From Camelus ferus (lineage: Eukaryota): a stretch of DNA of 64,000 nucleotides. Numbering within the stretch: position 1 is the stretch's first letter; the number at the start of each line of letters is the position of its first letter. A program made the translations under genes and the position numbers. The stretch spans positions 98,210,001 through 98,274,000 of the forward strand of contig NC_045696.1 of the NCBI RefSeq assembly GCF_009834535.1. The letters run 5' to 3'. Below, piece after piece: positions 48,442 through 61,824 of the stretch. The notes beneath the pieces are model-generated. The model worked only from the letters and a program-made list of their open reading frames with translations. It was not told the DNA's origin and did not search any database.

Positions 48442-49621
48442 TTTCATTGAGAACATCAGAGCTTTCAAAAGGTGTAGGCAGCCTTTCCTGGATAATTGCA
48501 GTAAAACTGAAATAAAGAAAAAGATTACATTCATATCTTCCCAGGAAAACTATAGATCCCTCAAAAGAAAACATTCTGTCAGATAGCCTTCAATTGTCCA
48601 AGGTCACGCTGAATACTTACCTAGTAGGAGCTCTAAAATTGTGAGTTGACTAAACAGCTGTTGTGTCAGATCATTCTAAAATGATACTCTCTAAGCATTT
48701 TCCAGAACTGTAGGATTCTGTACAAGAACAATGGAAGAGAGAATTTGAGCTTAGTTTCATTATAAACTCTTGAAGGGATCTGATGGCTCTTATAGTAGGA
48801 GGGAGGCAGCCACCAGGTGCGGAAGTCAAACCCTGCCCTCTGGTGGCATCACGCCATAGACAACTGCTGTGTCAATCTGAGTCATTGGTGTCTGAACTGA
48901 TTTTTACAGTATTTGACTGTAAATTCAACTTTGCATTCACCTTAATTTAAGCTTTTTTTTTTCTCTGTGGATCAACACATTAAATATCATCAAGGCTCTC
49001 ATGAGAATTAAACCAAGTAGAGAAAAGTGAGAAGAGATAAATATACCTAGTTACAAGTGATAATCTCTCCATGTTTGGCAACCAAAGAGTTTTAATGACT
49101 TAGTTTGAGTCTCTGTCACTTGCCTCCTCTACCCAGCTGCTTTTCTAATCCATAAGGGCAATGAGTAGTTGTTTTTGTACCTGAAGAAAAACATTTCTGG
49201 AAAAAAAGGGCTTCTAAAGGACCAATATTAATAGAATTCTGTGACCAAAATTTTAATTATTTATTGGTTCCTGTGGTATTTTCCTTAAACATTTCTTACA
49301 GACTAGTTCTAGAAGAAAAGCAGCATTGTGTTTGAAAAGCAGCAAAATCTGAGGAAATTATACTTCCCCTTTTTCCCATTAAGAACTCTACTCTCTCACT
49401 AGGAAAACACCACTGTACTTCTTATCACAGAATGCAGCCTTTTCTGTATACTGATGCCAAATGGGTAATATTTTAGTGGGGCATTTGAAGTTGCGATATG
49501 CAACTCCATGGGAGACAAACAAGGCCATTCAGAAGGTCTTTTCATTGAGAACATCAGAGCTTTCAAAAGACGCAGGCAGCCTTTCCTGGATAATTGGGGT
49601 AAAACTGAAATAAAGAAAAAG
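48442..49621 (+). repeat. Dispersed 82-bp direct repeat pair (48442-48523 and 49540-49621)
   Basis: 77/82 identical, no gaps, offset 1098 bp. Confidence 0.95.
48832..48848 (-). promoter_or_regulatory. CTCF consensus motif
   Basis: Minus strand TGCCACCAGAGGGCAGG fits the CCASYAGRKGGCR core. Confidence 0.6.
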
Positions 49622-49814
49622 CCCATAAAGTACAAAAATCAGCAATCAGATGGAAACACTCAGAATTAGGAGTGAAAAGATATGGTGAATACTGACGCCG
49701 AATCTCAATATGTAAAACCGATAGGAGTGAGTAAGAAAGCAACATAATTTCAGAAGTTGAAGAGTAGAAATCAGTTGATTGCAGGATTTAGCAGGGGAAA
49801 AAAAAGACAGAACA

Positions 49815-50400
49815 AACACTAGTCTGGAACTAGGGTGTGGAGGACTTAGTGGCTTTTTCCTTGCCTCTCTTGAAACTGAGATCTTAGGCAAATCATTAAA
49901 CCTCCTCTGGACTTCGATCTGACAAATGGGAATGAGATTATAAAGCCTCTACCTAGCCCTTGTAAGAATTTGTAAGATTTGATGTTTAAAATAATTTCCT
50001 CAAAGATAGAATATTATACTCATTCAGTATGAATAGACTATATACCATAAAAACAAGTTTAATGTATGGCTGAAGTGAAAAAGCTAATCTATGTATCAAG
50101 AGATACATATTCAGCACTTAGAATCTTAAAAGGGAACATTAATTAATGTTAGTGGAGTCTGGTGGCTGGCAGGCATCATGGGAAACAAACCAGAAGCTTT
50201 GCAGCCACAAAGGTCAGTTAAGATCCCGGGTCCACCTCTGACTAATCTTGTACCTGGCTAATTTACTCATCCTCTTTGAGCCTTAGTCTCCTTGTCTTTT
50301 AAAACAGGAAAAAAACTTACTGTTCATGTGAGGGTTAAATAAAACATCGAGGAAGAAAGATTGCTACATATTAAACACTCAATAAATGTTATCTATTATT
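49815..50400 (+). mobile_element. Two MIR fragments (~49815-49990, ~50190-50400)
   Basis: gagatcttaggcaaatcattaaacctcctctgg; ctctttgagccttagtctccttgtcttt..cactcaataaatgttatctattatt. Confidence 0.6.
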
Positions 50401-51593
50401 ACTATCATTTTATATATTCTCAATATATATTCATATATCCCCACCAAATACTAAGTAAATTATCCCTTAAAATTATACCTTGTTTATACGTATAACTTGT
50501 CACATTATTACACATGGCCAAGAAACAGACTGGAATGACGTTAGAGCTCTGTCAGTATAATGCAGTATCGTGATACAACTCGTTATTAATACCATAAAGC
50601 AATGTAAAGTATCCAGGAAGTATTCATTTTTTTAAGAGAAGTGGAAAGTATGAACATCTAAAGTGCAGACGATTTTAAGATTAAGCTGGAGGGGAAAATA
50701 TCACACTATAGACCTTTGGTTGGTGAATCATACCTAAACTAATTAAATGGCAAAATTTTCCTTCAAAATGCAGGGTTCAGAGAAAAAAACTCTTTGCCAG
50801 CAGCTCCCCTAGTATTCATATAAGTCTCTTCCTTGAATTATCTGACCTAACATGTGGTAATTGTTGTTCTTTAATATGATTTCATGAGATTCACTTTCTA
50901 ATAATTATATAACACTGTGTTGTTTCTGGTAATAATGTTTTTGGTATTACTTTATTACTATATAAAACAATGGAAAAACAAATTAGGCTAAATATTTTTG
51001 TACTCAGAGCAGGCAGATTTGTGAAGTTCATTAGAATTTTGTGAGAATAACATAATATGCTAATAATTTTGGATATCTTGAAATGAGGAGGTTCTAATCC
51101 AGAGAAAATATGTTTAGAAATCAGTTTGTTTCAGTAGGCATAGTTACATACCTGTCAATGATCAGCTTAAAGCCATTCTCTAGATAAGTTACATGCCTGT
51201 TATACCAACAAATTAAGATGTTCTTTTATATAAAAAGTCATTCTGCAACTATGGACTTTCGATTTAGATTTGGAGAGTAGCTTTATCTCAATGTGGATCA
51301 GGAAGTCACAGAAATTTCTGCTATAGAAGGAAATTTATGGGTCATATTTATTGCTTTTCTTCTTGAGAGAAATACAGGAGTATATATATGCATGCCCTTT
51401 GTCCCTATAAACATACACAATTACTATATTCTAAATGGGGTCTTGGTTGTCAGCTTACCCAAAAGCAAAGTCTATTTTAACTTACATGTAGTTGAACTAT
51501 TATTCTCTATAGTCTTTCGCTTTTATTGAAACAACTTGAGTCAGAGATTCTTAACATTTTATTGCTGGAATGGTCCTTAGAAATTACACGCTG

Positions 51594-51910
51594 CAGGGTT
51601 CACATATTTAAATACTATACAGGGGCTGAGAGTAACAGAGGCGGGTGAAGCAGGCATGCTGGTGAATGGAGGACCCTTTCCCTTTCTCAGAGGAGGCAGG
51701 GATGGGAACCTTAATTGTGTCAACTGTGATGAGGGAGATACAGGCTGATTTTTAAAGATAAGTTGGAAATTTCAAATTTTATGTGAAATATCTTATTTTG
51801 AAATGTTTTCAACTAATGCAAGTAAAAAAAAAAAAAGCAACATTGTGTGGAAATAAACAGAACCCTTCTTCAGACCAAATGTGCTCTAAGGGCTGCTAAT
51901 TTACAACTTA
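51594..51910. mobile_element. MER102-like hAT relic inserted in a minus-strand MIR fragment
   Basis: cagggttcacatatttaaatac..gatttttaaagataagttggaaatttcaaattttatgtgaaatatctt..ggctgctaatttacaac. MIR text on both sides. Confidence 0.5.
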
Positions 51911-53514
51911 GGATCCAGGCTAACCACCTAATTTTACAATTAAGAAAACAGACTTCAAGCCCCAGCAAGATGCCACAGACCCCCACTCCAGTGTGTTTAT
52001 ACTGCACTAAATATTTGAAGTGTACCTCTGTTAGACATTCCCAGATTAAATTCCACATTCAACAGTAATCCATGACTGAGGAGTTGCAGGTAGTGGGAAA
52101 ACAAAGAGAAGTGATGGGATGAAGTTATTATCCACCTCTGCTCTCGTAGAGTCGGGCTGCGCCGTCTGGGTGTGCACTGCCCTGGCCTGACGTAGAGTCT
52201 GAGACCCAGCTCAGGACGGCAGCCAGGACTGCACCTCCCTGCTTCACTGATCTTGCCAGCCACTTGGCTTTCCTCTTTCTGTTCTGTTTCAGATACTGTT
52301 AGGTCGTTTAGAGCTGTTGCTGCACTTCACTAAAGTGATGCCTCCATGTGGGTGAATACAACACACCACATGTGATATTTGGGTCTTCTTGCATATTATT
52401 TTAACATTTATTCAAAAAAAATCACCTAGTGCCCAAAAGATGATCAGTAGTGAAAGGGCCTGATGCTACTTCATAGAGCTACAATGACCCAGTGGCCCTG
52501 GTTATATAACTGGTATTAAGGTTAAACTTTAAAATATCTTTACTAACTAGTGCTGAAAAATATTTTTGAAAGCTTCATTGTCAAATAAAGGTTTTTAAAA
52601 ATGAGCTATGATGCTCCAAGCATGAAATTATCTACACATTTGTGTTGCAAGGTTACAGTTGTGTTTTTGGTACTAATATATTTTCTAAATTAACTTACTG
52701 CAGGTTTAGGAACACATGCACAAAAAAAGTCCATAAAGGGAGTATGTCTGCTACTGGTTAGGTGGATACATTGACTGACAGAGTTACACCGGATTAATAC
52801 TGGATGAATATGGAGTGTTTCTGATGAACAGTAACACTTGGCTCGCATATACATTTCTTGGGATTCTAGCCCTAATAAAACTTCCCAGACAAGTAAGGTG
52901 ATTTTTTTTAGCTTGGGTGGAAAAATAGTTTAATTCTCCCGAGCATATTTTGAATTCCGTAAAAGGACAACATGTACATTTTGTTTAAGTGCTGGAGGAA
53001 TACAGTTCATGATTTCATATGTAGTGCCTTGGCTGGGAAGTGTGGGGAACTATACAAGTACGAACTTCTATTTTGATTTTATTTTGGGTGAAGAAAACAA
53101 ATTTCATGCTTCTTCAAACTGATAGAGTTTTCAAGGTGAGATAGAAAATTGAGATGGAAAACGATGGTCTGATAATGTAAACTTTCTTATAACTCAGAAG
53201 GACTGCTAGCAGCTACTTGACTGAGAAGCCTTTATGCTAGAGTGGAGTGTCAGTCCCTGGAAGATGGTGCCGTCTCCTCCATGAGCCAGAGACAGGCCAG
53301 GGGGCAGTCAAAGTGAGATGGGAAGGGGCCCACGTGGAGGCCTTCAGGAACTCTGTTGTCTTTAGCTGCTAAACCCCTCAAAGGAATTATTCACCTGGGA
53401 GTTTCAGTATTAAGGAAGTACTAAGGATTTGGCTACTGGGATCAAACTCGGGATCCAAGGAAGAATATTGTGGGGGCAGTGGAAGAAATATGGTCATAGT
53501 GTCTGAGGTCTTGG

Positions 53515-54130
53515 TTTGAGTTCTCAGCTCTAGAAATTTAATTTCAGTCATTTTTGTATGGTCTATGTCTCTAGTTAATATGTTCAAACTTTCTTCTAGC
53601 TTCCTGAGCATATGGAATACAGTTATTATCATCCAATGTCCTTATAAACTGATTCTGTTATCTGTGTCATTACTACGTCTATTTCCATTAACTGATTTTT
53701 TTTCTTTATATGGATTTTATTTTCCTGCTTCTTTGCGTGCCAGGTACTTTTTGAATGGAAACTAAACACTGTGAATTTTTTGTTGTTGGATGCTGGATAT
53801 TTTTGTATTCTGATACAAATTCTCCAGCTTTGTTCTGGGAAGCAGTTAAATTACTTGCGAACAGTTTGATTCCTTCAGATCTGGCTTATAAGCTTTGTTA
53901 GGTGGGACCAGAGCAGTATTTAGCCTAGGGCTTTTTCCTATTCTTGAGGCAAAACCTTTCTGAGTATGCTACCTGATGCCCCAAGAATTACGAGTTCTGC
54001 CTCTCTGGCTAGTGGGAACAACAGCTGTTTTCTGGCTCTCGGTGATCTCTGGGGATTCTTCCATCTCATCCTTTTGGGTGATCACTCACATACACTGAAA
54101 CACAGGGGGGACCCTTTACAGGGCTCCATG
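53515..54130 (-). mobile_element. Old L1M 5'/ORF1 fragment
   Basis: ORF 53387-53632 begins IITVFHMLRKLEESLNILTRDI..IKFLELR, like an L1 ORF1 coiled-coil start. Typical text gcagttaaattacttgcgaacagtttgat. Confidence 0.7.
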
Positions 54131-55539
54131 CTCTTTCTTTGCAAAGCAAAGAAGCATGCATACACTGAGAGCAGGCTTAAAGCACAGGCCTGCATGGGGT
54201 GAACCTCTCTCCCCCTTGTAGGAATCACCTGAGCTCTCTTCTCTTGCACAAACAGGGATACTTGCCTTATTTGTTACCCTTATGCCAACTAATGGCCCTG
54301 CCCTTTACCTTGTGGACCCACTGGTGAAGAGTCTATAGGCCAAAAGGCAACTTGTCTCCTCTCAGAACCCATGTGGCAAAATTCAGTTTATCTGAAACAT
54401 TTTCGCCAAAGCTACACCACCACATGACTGTGGTTCTTCAACAGAGTCTATGTGATTTGTAGTTTAAAAAATTGATTTTTTTCTTATTTACACCTTAATT
54501 TAAAATAGGTAATCATTTTTGCCAAACTACTGTGAAGCAGAATGCATACTGTTATTAATTGAGAATATCTGCCCACAATTATAAATATATAGAACTCACT
54601 CAGCTTATAGTTAGTCCATTAACATTGGAAAAGAAAGTGCTTTTTTTTTTAAGGGAAAGATATCTTTTTTCTGACATCTTAAAATTCCAACTTACTAAAG
54701 TAGTAACGTGAGTGAAAAAATAATAAAATTGTATGGCTTTTTTATTGCATGTTTATTTAGGCCAAACCAGTATGAGGCAGCTAGATTAATTACTTTTATA
54801 CTGTTAAGTACTGTACATAGTTAATTATTTCATCTAAGTCATGTCTGAGCCAAACCTGTGAATTACTGTTCATGCAGGGCAATGATGATAATTTATGTAC
54901 TCCCTCCATGCTACAGCCTGTTAATATATTATTTTTGATTTGAAACTAGATGTTAGAAGTTTGCAAGAGGCTTTTAAAGACTACCCCATGACATAAGTTC
55001 TAAAATTATGGATTTCAAAATTAAGGTTGACAACATGCTATGATATGAACTTATTTAGATGATGGATTTTGTTAGAAAAATATTTTTCCCCATGTTTTCC
55101 CCATGAAACTCTCACAGTTTCAGCTTGTGCTTTTTTATTCTGCCTGATTTTATGATGTGGATGTTACTTTGAGCCCTTAGCAGTTTTTCAGCATGCACCA
55201 TGCCCGAGATCCGATCTCACCTACTCTCCCAGTGTGGCTAATCAGATATTAAATTGTGGCTACAAATGCCTAATGACTTCAGGTGCTAGAGAGGTGCTCA
55301 CAATCATCATGAACTAACCAAACTAAACAGATGACACTGAATCCATTCTTAAAATGTAAGACCAACTTTACAAAACTTGAATCAACAGCTTCTCAGAGAT
55401 AGTTGTACAGTCAAGTGAAAGAGAGTAAAAGTTTTATAAATTCAAAAATTAAATTTTGAGATGCCATTAAAGTAAAAAAGAAGAAGCAAGATGAAGAACT
55501 CAGTAAAACACAAAGTATAATAAAAAAAAGATGTTATAG

Positions 55540-55710
55540 CACTTCCTTGCTTCCCCAAGTGTGGTCCTGGATACCAGCGTTAGCATCACCTGGGAGCTTT
55601 CTAGTAAAACAGTCTCAGGCCCCACTCCACATCTGCTGAGTCAGAATCTGAATTTGAACAAAATTCTCCAGGTATATTTGTGTGTCCATTCATATTTGAG
55701 AAGCTCTAGG
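55540..55710. mobile_element. MER5A/B-type MITE
   Basis: aagtgtggtcctggataccagcgttagcatcacctgggagc..ctgctgagtcagaatctgaatttgaacaa..tttgagaagc. Confidence 0.8.
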
Positions 55711-57964
55711 GAGACATTTATTAATCACTTAAGCTTGTGCATGGATCCAGTAGTTTGCTCCTCACATAGATGGAGAACCACCCCAGTCACTGAGCCCCAG
55801 TCCAGTGGAGTGTGGCTGTCGCATGGAGAGACCCTGGGAAAGGGCAGGCAAGCAGTGGCTGTGTGAGGGTCTCCTGCATTTCTACAGGGACCCCTTGGAG
55901 TTTAGAGGAAGAAGAGTCCCACTGAGGGAAAACTGTGGGCCAGGGAAAATAAAAATCTATTTCACGTAACACACATATGCCAGCTCCAATCATGTAACAA
56001 GTGAATTGGTTGTTAATCTTTCAGAGGAAAAACAATACAAATCCAGACTTCTTGCTGGGACTCTGATGGGAGGGTCCTTGCTTGTTTTGGAAGAATTGAG
56101 AGCATCTGAAAGGATGGGAAGTGCTCCATCTTCTCTTGCTGCTCATTATTATCTCTGTTTTGTTTGTATGAAATGTGTGAATTTTACATTGTGAATAACT
56201 TTTCCTCCTTAAAATGCAAGCACTTGATGCACAATTTCCTTTCCTTGCAGAGGCTTTCAAACTGTTCAACCACTAGAGGTCTGTATTACCTATTTTTAAA
56301 AATCACACCCAACTGGCTGAGACTTTCAGTTCTCAGTTTCAATGCCTATTTTGATGTTTTAAAATTTAAAATCTTTTAAAAACATAATACCAAGGAATAA
56401 ACATCACAACGCTCTAGGAAATGGAGGAGAAAAGCTAATAGGAACCCTTCCATTCAGAAGGATACCAAGTGTCCCCTGCTCTTTCTAGGAGACAGCTGAG
56501 GATACCTTCACACTCTGTCACAAATCCAGGGAACAAATTTATTTTCTGTAAAATAGTTTTTCCCCAATACATTTTAAGACCTTTCTGTTTTAACTTTTAA
56601 AACAAATGCTTTGTTGTTTCCTGCAACAAAAGAAAAAGTTAAAGCAAGTTAAGTCTTCTGTTTAGTTCATTTAAAACATTAGTTTTACCATTTTTATGAG
56701 GGTTTTTAAATAAGAATTTCTTTTTTTGATCATCCAAGATTAAACTAAAAATTAATGTTCTTTCAGGCTTAATTTATAAGGCTTTGCTGCAATTTTAGAA
56801 ACAAATGCATGAGCCTGGGCTTACCTGGTTAAAGGTCTAATAGAGGTGACTGCCAGTGGTACCTACCACAAGTTGAGTCCCCCAGGTTTTCACTGGGTTC
56901 CATGTTTGCTGGGGATTTTCACTGGCCTAGCCCATTTGAGTCGACCTTCTGCTAGCAGCAGCACAGGCTCTGAGCCTTCCAGAAATCAAAAAAACGAGGT
57001 GTCCTATTTCCAGGACACCTGATTAATAGTGATGAAACCTTTCCATAGCATTATAGAGCAGGCCCCCTAAAACACCGCACACTCATATATTGATGTACGT
57101 AAATGGAATGGTTGAAAATTTACAGAGGTAAAAAGCTGTAATTTATTGAGTACATATTGCTTCAGAGGTTTGGGATTTTGATGCTGGATTTTCATAGATT
57201 CTAATTACCCCTGCATTTAGAGTAAGTGGGTCCATTCGTTGCCAGGCAAGGTGTAACGCTAAGAGGCTCCCTTCTTTTAAAAGGCATTAATGCATAATCT
57301 TCCTGGCCCGTACCAGAAGCATAAGCAGTTCTGGTGTGGCTTCTCTCTCAGTCTGTCACTTTATTAAAACACAACAATTTGCAAGTGTTATTTAGCAGAT
57401 AAGCTGGGTTCATTTCAAAGGCTAATATTTAACAGAGGGGAAAATAGCCTATCCCAATCCTTTTAAAAAGTGTTTTCTATGTATTCACAGGCATATTGCC
57501 TAGTGTTTTATATAGATCTCAAAGCTAGGATTCAAGGATAATTTCAGTAATGTCTTACGCTGCTTGTCTACATAATCCAAATGATCAATTCTACAGCAGA
57601 AGGAAACTAATTCACAGCACAATAATTTGTACTACAGACCACATTATTTAAAGTAGTTAAGTTTTTCATTTCCTGTTGCATTTCTGCGTATGGCTGGTAG
57701 CATATGAATAAACAATTTCCTCACTGAAATGTGGCAGAAAATATCTGTTTTACCCAATCCTGAACATTACCTTCAGAGCTCCTGACTCTTTTACTATTTT
57801 TCAAAATGATGCTAGCTTATACTTGCACCCAATATCAGTATAAACCTATAATTGAATATGAGCACAGCGTTCACTTACATGTGTATATGTAAAAAATGCT
57901 GATAGTGTAGCAGTTAATTAAAAACAGGGGAAGGAAGATTTGGAGAATTTGATAGGTTACGTCT

Positions 57965-58310
57965 GGGAGAGAAATGGTCAGAACTAGGGCATTGGAGTCA
58001 GTCCCAAATTCCAGTTCTCATCCTGGTATTGGTTAGCAGTATGGGCCCTGTCGACTCAGTGTCTGTGAAAGAATGAAGCCAATAAGAGAATCTAGCCTGT
58101 AATGTTTTTTGGTGGATTAAGTAAAAAAATGCAGATGAAATGACTGACCCAGTGCCTGTCCAATTAATAGGCATTAACTATTATTTTCTCTGGTCCTTTG
58201 TGTCTACATTCATAAAATAGTAATACAATACAATGGCAATGCTCATAGTCACCTTTAAGTATTGCTGGGAGAAGTGGGTAAGATCAAGTGTATGAAATAG
58301 TACCTGGCAC
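57965..58310 (+). mobile_element. MIR fragments
   Basis: gaactagggcattggagtcagtcccaaattccagttct; tgaaatagtacctggcac. Confidence 0.5.
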
Positions 58311-60569
58311 TGGCTGCTTCCCAAACTGGTCTCCCAATGTTTTCACCCTTACAATTGGACTGCAAGTTGGGAGAGTTTCAAGGATGTTTCATTATTGGAT
58401 TTGAGATTGTTTGTTGGTTTATTTATATATTTATTTTTGAGTGAGACAATTACACCATTTCAATTACTTTATAAGTCTCACTTATTTTTTTCTGATCAGG
58501 ATGATGACTTAAACTTGTGACTCTACCAGATTAAGAAGATATAATATTACACTGAAATAAGAGTCAGCTAGAAATAAACTCTTTTCAGGGCAGTTAAAAA
58601 AACCTGAAGTTAAAAAATCTGTTCAATCCCAGGGAATTGAGAGAAAAAAACGTGATTGTGCTATTTTCAGCCCTTTCATTACTTTACCCCTAGCTATTGA
58701 GAAAAGTTTGTTTTCCCTAAAATGCTGTATAGTGTCTCCTTTCAGGGGAAAACAATCTGTGGGAGAGAGATTTGAAGGAAGCTGTGACTAACTAGCTTTT
58801 TATTAGGGACAGAATACTGATTAAATTACAAGCATTATTTTAACTCAACTTGTCTTCCCAATACTACTGGGGTTTAGAATGAAAATTGCTGTATTTTGCA
58901 ACAAGCACTGAAGAGAACAAAGACTAGCTACTGACATACAACTATAAGGTTTTACTCGGAGGAGAAGGACCTGACTTTGGCAGTTTGGCCTTTATGCAGG
59001 AATTGCCAAGGACACACTGGAGTTACAAAAGAGACACATGCTTCCTGAAATCACTCGCACTTGTCTGGACAGACGTCCATGTCAGTTCACACCAACTTTC
59101 ATGTTGTGTGTGAGAAAATGAAAACCTCTCATTGAAAGTTGTGTATTGTATATTCTCAAAATGTTCTAGTTCTTTGCAGGGCCGATTTTATGAGATGTCA
59201 ACGATATAAGGGGTCCTGGGAAATAAATTCCAGTACAGTTGTAAATAAATAACTATTGGTACCAATAACTGGCCCTGGGACCTGAAATTGTACTAGCAGT
59301 TCTTCTCGGGTTACACTTCAGTTCAGAGAGCCAGTCACACGTGAACAGTTAAGGACTGAACCCCTGTCAACTTTCTGTCAACTCAGCACGACTTCCAGAG
59401 GCCTCTTTCTATCATCACCACTTCGGAAATCAAGTCAGCATTTCCGCTTCTAAGCATACACCCTCTAACTCTCCACACATGCAGGGGAAATGTGTGAAAA
59501 TGTTTACTGCAGCATTGTTAACTGGCCATGGAATGCTGTTTTTCTAGAATAAAGGAAATGGCATTTTCCCCCTCATTCTGTTCGTGACCACTTCTCACTC
59601 TCGGCGAGGTCTCTGATGGAGGCCTGTAAGGCAGCTGGCCCATCTAGGGGACACATGACATCACAGATACTTGTCTTTTCCTTGGCCCCATCTGCTGGAA
59701 ATAGTAACTAAGTCCTTTGCCTAAGCTGGTAGGAGAGGAGCTGTAGAAAATCAGATTAGCAGGAGAGAAACGATTAGTCTTTATTTTCTTGTTTCCAGCC
59801 TGCAAATACAGATTGTTAAATATGCCTGTTCCCTAATCCTCATTAGGAAATTTTGAAGAATAGCAGGACAGGAAAAAAACCATGGGAATTATGAGAGAAC
59901 ACCACCACTAAAATAATACAAAGTCAGAATCGTTCCTTCTAATTCAGACTATCTTACATGGTTAGAGGTGGTTGAATTAGAAATTTTCCATTAAATAATT
60001 TTATTCCTAGTTTTATGTGGATGGATGCCACATATACAACCCAAAATATATCTTTTTATTTGGCATTTTCTTTTTGTTGGATTTGCAGATAAAATAATTT
60101 AAATGGAATGACCAGAACATGAAATCATTTTGCATTCAGTGGTGTCTCTAGGAATGGTTAAGTTCATTGGTATATTTATGTAAGAAGGCAAAGCTTTCAC
60201 TAAAAAATAATCTAATGGCAATGTCATGCACCACTAACTCTCTACCACAAGGAGTTTTATTTTCAGGTCCAGAGACATGGGATTACAGGTCAGTGATAGG
60301 CAAAGTGTTTTTGAAGTGTACCAAAGACACCAAAGAAATCTGTTGGGTGTCCAGGAGGAACTGATATCAAATGCAGGTTTTTAATGATTAGAGTTCTAGT
60401 CATAGCCGCCAACTGAGATGGCTACCAGACCAACCACTGGGGATTGAATCATGGACCTAACTTCTTTAAAAATCTCTCTTGTGAAAACATTTCACTACAT
60501 TTCAAAGCATTTTAAGTCTTTAAACCATCTAAGTTAAAAAAAGTTCCGTTTATTTTCCTCTTCTAGCAT

Positions 60570-61000
60570 CCATTCTAAATACATCTCTAGTCTGCCTGTC
60601 AGTTTATACTCTTCAAAACTTGCTTTCTGGATCCTGGCCTGTTTGCTGTGTCTTGAATATGCCAGCATAGTACTGCCCCAGGGCCTTTGCATTTGCTCTG
60701 CCCTCTCCACAGAGCAATCCTCCAGATGTCCACATAGTTCCTTTCTTCTTACTGCGAAGGCTTTCCCTAAGCACCCTTTAAAAACTGCACCCTTCTCCCT
60801 CACTGCTTCCACACTCTTATTTCCATTCTTCATGTCATCCAACATACTATATACTTTACTTGTTTTTCTGACTACATGCACTAGGATATAAGTCCTATGA
60901 GGGCAGAGATTTTTGTCTGCTTTGCTCCCACTTTGTCCTTAATGCTGAGAATAGTGAGTGGCATGTAGGTGTCCAACACAGATACTTATTGAATGAATAA
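60570..61000 (+). mobile_element. L2 (L2a-like) 3' end
   Basis: ccccagggcctttgcatttgctctgccctct..taagtcctatgagggcagagatttttgtctg..ttattgaatgaat. Confidence 0.85.
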
Positions 61001-61786
61001 CAGCAGAATCTGTTGCACACTGCAGCCCTAAATAGGAATACTTGGGTTCAATGTAATTTTCATTCAGAAGAATTTTTACTGTCATGACATTTCTTTGATA
61101 TTCCTATTTTACAGTCAGAGAAAGAAACTTTAGGGTTACCTCACACTCATTCAGTAATAAACTTCTAGGTCACAACAGCTGCAAAATGAAATGCCATCAG
61201 GGTTTAGGCAGTTAAATAAATGTGTGAAATACCTGTTATAAGGCATTAAGGAATAGAGGGGTCTGTGACAAATAGTTGAGTTCATATACTATTACTTAAA
61301 GGCATTCAGACTTGAAAAAGAAATTTAAACATAGCCCTATCTGAAAAAAAAAAAATCTGTTTACCTGTGGTTTCAAAGGCCCACTTTGTCTGTCAGTTTG
61401 TGTCCAATAGGACCATGAAGAAATTTTCTAAATCACATTGTTTTTTCTACCTCTTTCCAACTATATACTCAGGCTTGGGTATGTGCCTAACGCCACATAA
61501 GGACAGGAATACTCAACTGATCAAATCTAATTACATTTGCTTCCCAGCTAAATTGTATACCACCTTCCCCTCTTGTGAGGGAAATTGCCCCTCTTGGGTC
61601 CTCAGCATCTGATTATTGCAAACCTAATTGATTTGCGACATTTCATTAATAAAGTTAACTAAAACTAATTATGCATATTGAATAAAAGTTTCCTGTGAAA
61701 TGAATTATTCTATTTAGCTTAAGGGTTTTTAATTGTTAGAATGAATTGCTGAGGAGGATTGCAGCATTACTTTCTCTTGGGATCTT

Positions 61787-61824
61787 TGTGTGTGTGTGTG
61801 TGTGTGTATGTGTGTGTGTATATA
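61787..61824 (+). repeat. (TG)n microsatellite, interrupted
   Basis: Direct inspection. Confidence 0.95.

Noticed and set aside
59254..59267. Perfect 14-bp palindrome TATTGGTACCAATA
   Set aside because: Several are expected by chance in AT-rich 64 kb.
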